From: Candidatus Cloacimonadales bacterium
Lineage (GTDB): Bacteria; Cloacimonadota; Cloacimonadia; Cloacimonadales; TCS61
Assembly (NCBI GenBank): GCA_030656075.1
Contig: JAUSOT010000047.1
Span: forward strand, 10 to 64,009
DNA: 64,000 nucleotides
Reading direction: 5' to 3'
The translations under genes were made by a program, and so were the position numbers. Each line of letters begins with the position of its first letter. The first letter of the stretch is position 1. This document shows, in pieces, positions 27,098 to 35,490 of this stretch. A model generated the notes under the pieces. It saw only the letters and a program-made list of their open reading frames with translations, was not told where the DNA came from and searched no databases.

Positions 27098-27970
27098 TTA
27101 TTTAGGAATTGAATTTGTAAAAGTTAATTCTATTATGAAATCAGCAGATGAATTAAATCTATTCTTTAAAATGATATTTGAATTTGAACTATAAAGACAC
27201 AATTTACCTGATGTATCATTATTCGAAAAATTCTGAGTTTTATTGATAATATTAATTTCACCGGTTGAATTGAAAATAAAGTGAACAAAATCTATTCCTG
27301 TAAAAATATCACCATATCCGTTAATTTGAGGTATTAAAATCAATTCTTCATTATTCTTTAGCTTGTGAGCATTATAATATTTATTAACTCCACCCAAATT
27401 TAAAAAATGACCTGTCACTTCAAAGGTATCAACAATAGCTTCAAAGAATGGTGAATCTACACCACCATTACCTGTTGATCTTGCAGTCCACTTTAAAATA
27501 CTCTTGCCACCTAACATTATAAAACCACCATGAACAGTACCATCTGGACTTTCATGTGTCACAGGATAATAACAAAAAAGTTGTACTCCTCCATTTTCTA
27601 CACATATTATACTACCTACATTTAATCCTTTTAAAGGTACAATACCTCCACTTTCATCTATTTTGAACATACTATCAAGTTTTTCGCTTAATAATGATAA
27701 TTCAAGTGTGTCCTTTTCAATTTTTGCTTTTAAACTATCAATGCTTGATAAAAACTCAAATGCTTTTTCTTCAGCTAATTCAATTGTACCAATTCCTTTA
27801 AAAACTAATTTAGTTACTCTTTCTTGGATAATTATAAAAATTCCAGTAAAAACCATTAACGAGCATAACGTAACGGCCAATCCTGGCTTTGGGAATTTTA
27901 ACATTAAATAGATTGCTGCAAAAATAAAAGCTATAATAATCAACGCATAACCGAAGTAAATATTCATCAT
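27098..27970 (-). CDS. hypothetical membrane-anchored protein (very AT-rich gene)
   Basis: 290 aa with two N-terminal TM segments, then a coiled segment and a Gly/Asn-rich region. No family recognised. Confidence 0.5.
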   Translation of the reverse strand: MMNIYFGYALIIIAFIFAAIYLMLKFPKPGLAVTLCSLMVFTGIFIIIQERVTKLVFKGIGTIELAEEKAFEFLSSIDSLKAKIEKDTLELSLLSEKLDSMFKIDESGGIVPLKGLNVGSIICVENGGVQLFCYYPVTHESPDGTVHGGFIMLGGKSILKWTARSTGNGGVDSPFFEAIVDTFEVTGHFLNLGGVNKYYNAHKLKNNEELILIPQINGYGDIFTGIDFVHFIFNSTGEINIINKTQNFSNNDTSGKLCLYSSNSNIILKNRFNSSADFIIELTFTNSIPK

Positions 27971-28212
27971 AATCCTCCTATTATTATTACCATCAAATCT
28001 TTTAATCTCATCACATAACTCCCGCTAAGTGACGCACCTTTGTGCAGCTCCCGCTACAATTTCACTCTACACTTCACAGTAGAGATTGCTTCGCCAGTTT
28101 CAGCAAGAAGACTCCTCGCAAAGACAAAATCAAACATCTGTTTCATTCCATTCGTGCAAATTCGTGCAATTCGCTTGTCGAGCGTAACTTTAATGAAGCC
28201 TGATGGTTACTA

Positions 28213-28809
28213 TTATTTCTTCCTCTCCTCCATAATCCCGCTGATCTTCTTCAGCTCAATCAGAATATTTTCCAGAGTTCCTTGCTCAGATTTTGGAGAT
28301 TTGGATAAATCGTTCTCAGATGATTTTGCTCCGCTCAAGTCTGATCTCAATTTTTCATGCAGCTCGTCCCAGTTTAGCAAGCCTGCAAGTTTGCCTTCAT
28401 AACCTGTGGCATTCTGGGTTTGCCCGGCAGTTTGTATTTTGATCGAACCAATTCCCAACCACCTGTCGTAAAGAGTTCTTTCCAGCATAAAATCGGTGAT
28501 CATTCTGAGAGGAATATTCTGTTTGACCTTGGTGAGTATTCCTTTCTTGATAACGATCTTATCATCTTCAATAAAGTAGGACAGGTTCTTGATCCATAAG
28601 ATCATGATTGGCGCTGAAATGATCCACATAAGTAGGATCACGATGATTACAACCCACCACAAATAAAAAGTAAACGGCGTAAAATCAACATCAGCGTCTA
28701 TGGCTGGAATTAAGTATAAAACAAAAGCGAAAAGCACAATTACAATTGATAACGTGATCAAGATTAACCACGATTTGGTGATCAATTTCTTGTCTGGTCT
28801 AATTTCCAT
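28213..28809 (-). CDS. bacterial PH (bPH_2 / YdbS-YdbT-like) domain membrane protein
   Basis: Two TM segments, then FIEDDKIVIKKGILTKVKQNIPLRMITDFMLERTLYDRWLGIGSIKIQTAG. The track ORF begins at a GTG; I prefer the ATG at 28809, which is preceded by AAGGA. Confidence 0.65.
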   Translation of the reverse strand: MEIRPDKKLITKSWLILITLSIVIVLFAFVLYLIPAIDADVDFTPFTFYLWWVVIIVILLMWIISAPIMILWIKNLSYFIEDDKIVIKKGILTKVKQNIPLRMITDFMLERTLYDRWLGIGSIKIQTAGQTQNATGYEGKLAGLLNWDELHEKLRSDLSGAKSSENDLSKSPKSEQGTLENILIELKKISGIMEERKK

Positions 28810-28972
28810 TTTTCTCATCCTTTTTATCCGGCATAGTCCCACGAAGCCGGATTATTGCTCACGGATAGTACTCATCATTAACTTTGCGAAACTTCATACA
28901 ACGTATTTTCAGGAAGATAAATTTCACAAAGTTATCGTTCGATTCAATCTAAAAGAATGAATCTGCAAAGAA

Positions 28973-29311
28973 TTATTCTTTGCTCCAGATGGAAAGCCGG
29001 TTGCCATTGGGATCGAGAAACGAAGCATAGAATCCCATATTTCCGCCGATCTCGGTTTTGGGTTTGGTTTGTTTTCCTCCGGCTGCTATTATCTCAGCCA
29101 TTTTAGTGGGAATATCTTCGCATTCGATCACCAGGTTTGGTCCGCCCTCACATACTTTCATATCAGGATCAAAACCGCCGCCAACTAATCCATCTTGGAA
29201 AAAGGCGTAACGATCCATTACTTCCACTTCCCAACCAAAGACTTCTGTATAGAATTTTACAGCTTTATCCAGATCGGGAGCCGGAATTTCAATATGACAA
29301 AATTTATTCAT
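28973..29311 (-). CDS. VOC (glyoxalase/bleomycin-resistance) family protein
   Basis: MNKFCHIEIPAPDLDKAVKFYTEVFGW. I moved the start to the ATG preceded by TTGGAGGT (residue 19 of the track ORF). Confidence 0.75.
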   Translation of the reverse strand: MNKFCHIEIPAPDLDKAVKFYTEVFGWEVEVMDRYAFFQDGLVGGGFDPDMKVCEGGPNLVIECEDIPTKMAEIIAAGGKQTKPKTEIGGNMGFYASFLDPNGNRLSIWSKE

Positions 29312-29363
29312 AATAACCTCCAAATTTTCTTTCGCAAAAGGAATAGATGGTTGTGGGCAGGTC

Positions 29364-29407
29364 AATAAAAAAGAAAACCTTCCATGAATTTGAAAACCTG
29401 GAAGGTT
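29364..29407 (-). terminator. rho-independent terminator after tldD
   Basis: The minus strand reads AACCTTCCA, a 14-nt loop, TGGAAGGTT, then TTCTTTTTTATT. Confidence 0.6.
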
Positions 29408-29607
29408 AGAATAAATGTTATTTGAAAATGAGACTCTTCGTCGTTTGCCTCTGTAAGTTCATCCTCAGAGAGACTCCCTATAGACTCAGCTCATGAACTT
29501 CGACAGAAACCAAGTCTTAATTGAAACTTGTCCTAAGTTCCGCAGGAATCTTGGGATAAGTTTTACATTTTCACTTACACTCTTATCCGCTTATTCGCTT
29601 CCACCAC

Positions 29608-31047
29608 CTACGCTTTCACATTGCAAACAATATTTTTAAATCTCGCCGGAGCAACTCCGTGAGATAGATGCATGGCTTGTCCCGGTTCACCTTTGCCGCA
29701 ATGGAAAGTGCCGTGAAATTCCCATTCTTCCGGTCCGCAAATACCATTGCAGGCTGCCCAGAATTCGGGAGTGATGCCATAATAAGTCGGTTCTTTCACG
29801 ATGTGTTTGATCTCACCGTTTTCGATTTTCCAGCCGATCTCGGTGGTGAATTGGAAATTATTGCGGTTATCATCAATACTCCAGGTTTTGGTGAAATTGA
29901 TGTAATAGCCATTTTCTGTGGATTTGATCAGATCGTCCAAGCTGCCTTTACCGGGAGCAAGACAGAAATTCGTCATGCGGATGAGCGGAATATCATCGGC
30001 GTAGGATGCCAGCATGTTGGAACTTGGTTTCACACCCAGCAGCGCTGCTGTTTCCTGCGATGTCTGCTGATCTAACAGAATACCATTTTTCACAATATCA
30101 ACAGTAGCTCCGGGAGTTCCTTCATCATCCACGACGTGATATCCCATACCACCTTGGTTGAGGCTGTCGCTGTAAATGTTCACCAGATCCGATCCATAAC
30201 GGAAATTTCCCAGCATTTGGGGTTTGATGAACGTCTTACCGGCATAAGAAATTTCTTTGCCGAATATCCTGTCAGCTTCTGTGGCATGTCCGACCGATTC
30301 ATGTAATTGCAACGCCAGATGTCCGCCGCCAATAATTATGTCAGCACGTTCTTCTTCGATGCGTGGTGCATCCAGAAGTTGGATTGCTTCTTCGATAATC
30401 TTGTCGGTGTTTTCTTCCATTTTCACATTGCGGATAACTTCAAATCCTCCGCGTTTGCCATTCATATCACCCGGCCAATTTCTGCACATTGATTCTCTTC
30501 CATTTGAAGCAAGAACATACATTTTGGGCATGGAATCGTAAACTAAAGAATCTACCATTGTTCCTTCAGTATTGGCATAGATTTTATATTGTCGATAGAA
30601 TTCGGTGTAAACATAAGAATAAACTATCTTTTCATTCCCCACCAATTTCTTAGCGATCTGTTCATGGAAATCGATCTTGAATTTATCATCCATCAGAAAT
30701 GGATCTTCAATTGGTTTGTAAAAATAGCTGTCCTGAACAGCTGGAAGCTTTTTAAATTCAACTGGCTCAACGCGGAAACGGCTTCCTAACTTGGCATTAG
30801 AAATTGCTTTCTTGATCGTTTTATCAATTGACTCATTGGTGAGGATAGTCGTTCCGGCAAAGCCCCAGCAACCATCTGCCAACACGCGGATTCCCAGAGC
30901 CAGCGAATCCAGATTGGAACCAAAATATTTCAGTACACCTTTCTCAAAGTAGATCGTCTGTTCATCAGTATTAGTGAAACGCACATCGGCGTAAGAAATA
31001 TCATTTCTATTCAGTTTGTTTATTATGTCATAAACTAATTTTTTCAT
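29608..31047 (-). CDS. tldD: TldD metalloprotease
   Basis: 479 aa with HESVGHATEADR (HExxxH) and a TldD/PmbA C-terminal fold signature (GxC...GxG). Confidence 0.85.
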   Translation of the reverse strand: MKKLVYDIINKLNRNDISYADVRFTNTDEQTIYFEKGVLKYFGSNLDSLALGIRVLADGCWGFAGTTILTNESIDKTIKKAISNAKLGSRFRVEPVEFKKLPAVQDSYFYKPIEDPFLMDDKFKIDFHEQIAKKLVGNEKIVYSYVYTEFYRQYKIYANTEGTMVDSLVYDSMPKMYVLASNGRESMCRNWPGDMNGKRGGFEVIRNVKMEENTDKIIEEAIQLLDAPRIEEERADIIIGGGHLALQLHESVGHATEADRIFGKEISYAGKTFIKPQMLGNFRYGSDLVNIYSDSLNQGGMGYHVVDDEGTPGATVDIVKNGILLDQQTSQETAALLGVKPSSNMLASYADDIPLIRMTNFCLAPGKGSLDDLIKSTENGYYINFTKTWSIDDNRNNFQFTTEIGWKIENGEIKHIVKEPTYYGITPEFWAACNGICGPEEWEFHGTFHCGKGEPGQAMHLSHGVAPARFKNIVCNVKA

Positions 31048-31099
31048 TTAAAATTTCTCCTTTATTAACCACTAATTGACACTAATTTTCACGAATTAT

Positions 31100-31516
31100 T
31101 CACAAAACAACTCTATGTTGTTCAAGTGAACTATTTTTGAAATTCAAGATAATTCCCAATCTTTTCCCGGTAGCTTTTAAGTAGTTCATAACTTGTGCTA
31201 CATGAACATCAGTTATTGAATCAACTGTTTTCAATTCGAGGATTATTTTGTCAGCGACAATAATATCTGCCACATAATTACCGACATTATTCCCGTCGAA
31301 AAAAACAGGAATTGGAAATTGCTGTTTTGCTGGAACATTATCTCTTTCAAAAACGACCATCATAGAATTTTCATAAACCTTTTCCAAAAAAGCAGGACCT
31401 AGTTTTCGATGAACTTCCATGGCTACACCAACAACTTTGTAGGATAATTCAGGATAAAGTAAATCTACTTCTGTATTAACTGAATTAGTGTCAATTCGTG
31501 TAATTCGTGGTTTCAT
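31100..31516 (-). CDS. GxxExxY protein (PD-(D/E)XK-like family)
   Basis: 138 aa with GPAFLEKVYENS (GxxExxY) and ADIIVADKIILELK. The N-terminal 14 aa are read out of ATTCGTG-type repeats. Confidence 0.8.
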   Translation of the reverse strand: MKPRITRIDTNSVNTEVDLLYPELSYKVVGVAMEVHRKLGPAFLEKVYENSMMVVFERDNVPAKQQFPIPVFFDGNNVGNYVADIIVADKIILELKTVDSITDVHVAQVMNYLKATGKRLGIILNFKNSSLEQHRVVL

Positions 31517-31520
31517 GATT

Positions 31521-32846
31521 TTACACAGTTCTCGTCGATGAACTGATCTTGAAACCTTTCACTTTTACATGCGGCATTTGTGCGCTGTAGATGCCAAACT
31601 CTCCATAATTATCCGAAAACGGGATCGTAACGGCTTCATTTTCGATGTCGGTAATGCCCTTGATAATGTCGGAAATTTTTTCGGTGAAACGCAGATTATT
31701 CACAACTTTGGTGATCTTGCCGTCTTTGATCAGGAAGGTTCCGTCACGCGTGAGTCCTGTGATGGAGGTTTCTTTGCGGTTGATGAAATTCATGTAATGC
31801 AGGCTGGAAATATACAATCCTTTTTGGATGGAGCCGATCATTTCTTTCAAAGTTTTACCGCCTGGTTTCATTACTAAAGCTGCGCCATCAGCTCCGTTGC
31901 GTTCCATCTTCAACTTGCGTCCGTAATAATTATCCACAATGAAATTCTTATAAACACCATTTTCGATTATAGGCATTTTCTGGTAAATTCTTCCATCTCC
32001 GTTGTAATCAAAATTAATGAGATCGGGATGGTGAGGATCATCGATAATTGTAACATTTTCGGGAAATACTTTCGTGTCGAGTTTGCCTTCAAAAAAACTC
32101 TGTTTTTGATCCAGACTGCCGGCTGTCATGCTGCTTTCCAGATTGAGGAAATATTCTCCGATACAACGCGGAGCCAGTATCACATCGTATTCACCAGCTT
32201 CCACATCTACCACTTCACCGGAAGCAGCTTTCACTTTGTTCACCAGGTTGGAAATGAATTTCTTTTCATGAAAAGTTCCAATATTTTCGCCGCCATACAC
32301 TTCCAGAACAGTGACTTCATTCTTCTGTGAAACAGCTTTACATTCCAAGTAGATGGGTGTGCTTATTTCCCGCTTGTTGAGTCCGTTGCTGTTGATGATG
32401 TAAAGTGTGCTGTAGTTACAGATGAACGTTCCGTAAATTTTGAAATCAAATGGTCTCACGGCATCGGCAACTTTTTGCAGAATGTCGATTTTAGTATCCA
32501 GGTTCACTTTTTCGATGTTGTTGGCTTTTTCCTTTTCGCTGCTTCTGGTTTTATCATCTTCCAAATCGACAAAATCGGGGTCTTCCGGCAGATGATCGAT
32601 GATGGGAAGCACCTCTTCGATCTTTTCCAGCAATTTTTCGCGGGTAGGATCTTTCAAAGAAAAGCTGTAAGATTTTTTGCCCTGGTAAATCGTCGTGGAA
32701 AGTGAGACGGAAGTTTTGGAGATGTTGTAATTGATCTGACTCTGGTAAAATCTGAGGAAATCCGTTTCCCAGAAACTGTAGTGAAAATTCAGTTTCAGAT
32801 CGGGATAGAGATCGCAGATTTCGACAAGTTGTTCTCGCAAGTTCAT
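31521..32846 (-). CDS. pmbA: PmbA/TldE (TldD partner) protein
   Basis: 441 aa of the TldD/PmbA family lacking HExxxH. Has GDGRIYQKMPIIENGV, and its position next to tldD supports the call. Confidence 0.8.
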   Translation of the reverse strand: MNLREQLVEICDLYPDLKLNFHYSFWETDFLRFYQSQINYNISKTSVSLSTTIYQGKKSYSFSLKDPTREKLLEKIEEVLPIIDHLPEDPDFVDLEDDKTRSSEKEKANNIEKVNLDTKIDILQKVADAVRPFDFKIYGTFICNYSTLYIINSNGLNKREISTPIYLECKAVSQKNEVTVLEVYGGENIGTFHEKKFISNLVNKVKAASGEVVDVEAGEYDVILAPRCIGEYFLNLESSMTAGSLDQKQSFFEGKLDTKVFPENVTIIDDPHHPDLINFDYNGDGRIYQKMPIIENGVYKNFIVDNYYGRKLKMERNGADGAALVMKPGGKTLKEMIGSIQKGLYISSLHYMNFINRKETSITGLTRDGTFLIKDGKITKVVNNLRFTEKISDIIKGITDIENEAVTIPFSDNYGEFGIYSAQMPHVKVKGFKISSSTRTV

Positions 32847-33225
32847 GTAAACTCCTTATGTTATTATTTTTTCATAATCATTCTATACTTTGCCCCACCC
32901 TGCCCTCCCCAAAGGAGAGGGTAATAAAAATCATAGAATATAATAAACACTTTTCCTTCTCCGGTGGAGAAGGTGTCTGACCACATAAATGAACCTACAC
33001 GTTTATGTGGTCAGACGGATGAGACAGAATGCATCAAAACACTCTATCATTAAATTTTATCTGATGTTCAAAAGGCTTTTATGCAGCAAATCTGTAAACA
33101 AAATTCTAACTTTTTTAATTTTTAGAGATTTTTTATTTGACTGAAAATCAAAAAAATCAAATCTTTGCGCCAGTGAACTAAACGGAGAGTTCGGGAACTT
33201 GTTTGAACATTGGAAAACAGGAGGA

Positions 33226-34284
33226 ATGATGAAGCAATTTTTTATTATTTTGTTTTTAATTAGCTGTGTTTCAATTTTTGCCAATCCGATCGCACCACAT
33301 ATAAACATTACTGAATTCATTTTTACCGAGACCGGCTGGCAAATGGAATTGTACAGTGATTATCTGGAAACGAATTGTTTGGATAGTTGCCAGGTAGTGT
33401 GTTCCGAGGGAAGTTCCTATTTTCAACCGGGGATTGAATATTATGAAGGAACATTATTGGTTGTAACGGAAGAAGACTTAGTGACGCCATTATTTATAAA
33501 CGAACAAACGGATAGCGTCAGCATTTTATATTCTCTGGGAGATGGTTCTTCTTTCAACTTTGGAACTTTGAACAGCATGGTCTTGGCTCCTTCAGCAGGA
33601 CAATCTCTTCGAGCAGTTGGTTTATCTTTAAATGCTGCTGATACCTATTACGTGTTTGCCAAAGACAACACACCCTCGATGGGAACATGGGATGATGGAA
33701 TTGGTTTTAGGGGAATTTTTTGCGGTTATGTGTTTGATTCACTCATGAATCCTGTCGAAAATGTGGAAATCGAACATACACCGGATTGTATCAGTATTCC
33801 TGACATCAATACTGACGAAAATGGGTATTTCGAAGTAGAACTTTATGCCTTTAATTACAATTGTGATATTCATCTTGGAGCGCTTGCTTCAATGGATTCG
33901 ATAATATCTATTGAACCGGATGCACAAAATTATTATGAATTTGTTTTCGAAAATTATGTTCATTCCGATGATTATGAAATTGAGCTACCATCTTCGTTCT
34001 ATAAGCTTTTCAACTTTCCGAATCCATTCAATCCCAACACAGAGATTAGTTTTCAGATTTCAGACTTCAGTGATCAGAATTTAGAAATTCAGATATTTAA
34101 TTCCAAAGGACAGAAGATAAACGTGATTGATACGTTCCCAAACGGGAGTTTAGGAACGAGAGTAGTTGTTGAATGGGATGGAACAAATTCTTCTGGCAAA
34201 ACCTGTCCCTCCGGCGTTTATCTCTACAAACTTGTTTCAGGAGATAAAGAACTTGCAGCGAACAAAATGCTGCTTTTAAAATAA
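33226..34284 (+). CDS. secreted protein with a T9SS-type C-terminal sorting domain (paralogue 1 of 3)
   Basis: Signal peptide MMKQFFIILFLISCVSIFA. C-terminus FPNPFNPNTEISFQISDFS...IQIFNSKGQK...WDGTNSSGKTCPSGVYLYKLVSGDKELAANKMLLLK. The track start is a TTG; the ATG at 33226/33229 follows AGGAGG. Confidence 0.65.
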   Translation: MMKQFFIILFLISCVSIFANPIAPHINITEFIFTETGWQMELYSDYLETNCLDSCQVVCSEGSSYFQPGIEYYEGTLLVVTEEDLVTPLFINEQTDSVSILYSLGDGSSFNFGTLNSMVLAPSAGQSLRAVGLSLNAADTYYVFAKDNTPSMGTWDDGIGFRGIFCGYVFDSLMNPVENVEIEHTPDCISIPDINTDENGYFEVELYAFNYNCDIHLGALASMDSIISIEPDAQNYYEFVFENYVHSDDYEIELPSSFYKLFNFPNPFNPNTEISFQISDFSDQNLEIQIFNSKGQKINVIDTFPNGSLGTRVVVEWDGTNSSGKTCPSGVYLYKLVSGDKELAANKMLLLK

Positions 34285-34328
34285 GGTTACGAAGATAGAC
34301 TTCTCAACCAGATTTCATGGAGGTAAAG

Positions 34329-35378
34329 ATGCGAACGATTTTTTTAATTATTGTTTTTCTTTTGATCTGTTTTGCAGGTCTTTCTGCTAATCCGATTTCA
34401 CCCTTATTTTTAAGCGAATTCCAATTTAATAATTACTGGTGGTTTTTGGAAATATCTGACTTTTACGAATTTGGATTAGAAAATCTGGATGGTTGCAGTT
34501 TAGCGTCCAACAATTGTACCTCATATTTTGAAAATGGAATAACATGTAATGAAAATGGTGTATTCTTAGTTTATCATACTGATGTTCAACCACCTTTTGC
34601 ATTTAATCATTTAGGTGACACAATTACTTTTGAGAGCCCAATGGGCATGGACGAAATCTCATTTGGTATAGATGTAAATCCACCATATGGAGATCAAACA
34701 TTGGCAAGATTTACATATTGGTATGGTATACCGCCGGATGAAGATTTGGGCAGTGGCTTAGCGAAAAATAGTTACTCTACAATGGGTTCTTATCCATTTT
34801 GTGTAAATTCGAGTGGTGTAATAAATGGCTTCGTTTATGATTCCATGATGAATCCGGTTCCAAGTGTTCATTTGGAGTATAATTATTATACAAGCGAAGA
34901 GGATGAGATTTATACAGACGGTACAGGATATTTTTCGGCTTATTTGCTTGGTAGAAATTACAATTTAAATATTCATCTTGATGAATTAGCTTCGCTAAAT
35001 ACTACTATTACTGTTGAACCCGACAGTATATATTTTTTTGAATTCATCTTCGAAAATTATGTCCATTCCGATGATTATGAAATCTCTCTTCCAGCATTCT
35101 ATTACAAACTTTCCAACCACCCCAATCCTTTCAATCCCAGTACAGAAATTAGTTTTGAAACCACTAATTTGCACGAAGATGCACGAATTGAAATCTATAA
35201 TTCCAAAGGACAGAAAGTTACAAATCTCCCAATCACTCAATCACCAAATCACCAAATTTCTGTAGAATGGGACGGCACCAACTCAATCGGCAAATCCTGT
35301 CCATCGGGAGTTTATTTGTATAAACTTGTTTCGGGAGAAAAAGAACTGGCAGCGAATAAAATGCTGCTGCTTAAATGA
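34329..35378 (+). CDS. secreted protein with a T9SS-type C-terminal sorting domain (paralogue 2 of 3)
   Basis: MRTIFLIIVFLLICFAGLSA signal peptide after GGAGGT. It shares the N-terminal ANPI(A/S)P..EF module, a central GFVYDSMMNPV module and the C-terminal sorting domain with paralogue 1. Confidence 0.65.
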   Translation: MRTIFLIIVFLLICFAGLSANPISPLFLSEFQFNNYWWFLEISDFYEFGLENLDGCSLASNNCTSYFENGITCNENGVFLVYHTDVQPPFAFNHLGDTITFESPMGMDEISFGIDVNPPYGDQTLARFTYWYGIPPDEDLGSGLAKNSYSTMGSYPFCVNSSGVINGFVYDSMMNPVPSVHLEYNYYTSEEDEIYTDGTGYFSAYLLGRNYNLNIHLDELASLNTTITVEPDSIYFFEFIFENYVHSDDYEISLPAFYYKLSNHPNPFNPSTEISFETTNLHEDARIEIYNSKGQKVTNLPITQSPNHQISVEWDGTNSIGKSCPSGVYLYKLVSGEKELAANKMLLLK

Positions 35379-35490
35379 TGTCAAACTTCTGATTGTCCGT
35401 AGGTCATCAGAATGTTGGAAGGTTTATTCCAACACTCGGAAGAACACCTGTGGTGTACATTCCGAGTTTACAAGATTTTTGGAGGTTAAA

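Noticed and set aside
29408-29607. Possible structured ncRNA between tldD and the VOC gene (stem CTGT-AAGTTCAT ... ATGAACTT-CG-ACAG, plus TCCTAAG..CTTGGGA)
   Set aside because: It shows no similarity to SRP, 6S, RNase P or tmRNA cores that I can recognise. It looks like further hairpin words in the tldD 3' UTR ahead of the terminator at 29364-29407.
35326-35490. Long N-terminal extension of the third T9SS gene (track ORF starts at 35326)
   Set aside because: The extension overlaps the end of the previous gene and has no signal peptide. A GGAGGT-preceded ATG at 35491 gives a canonical signal peptide instead.
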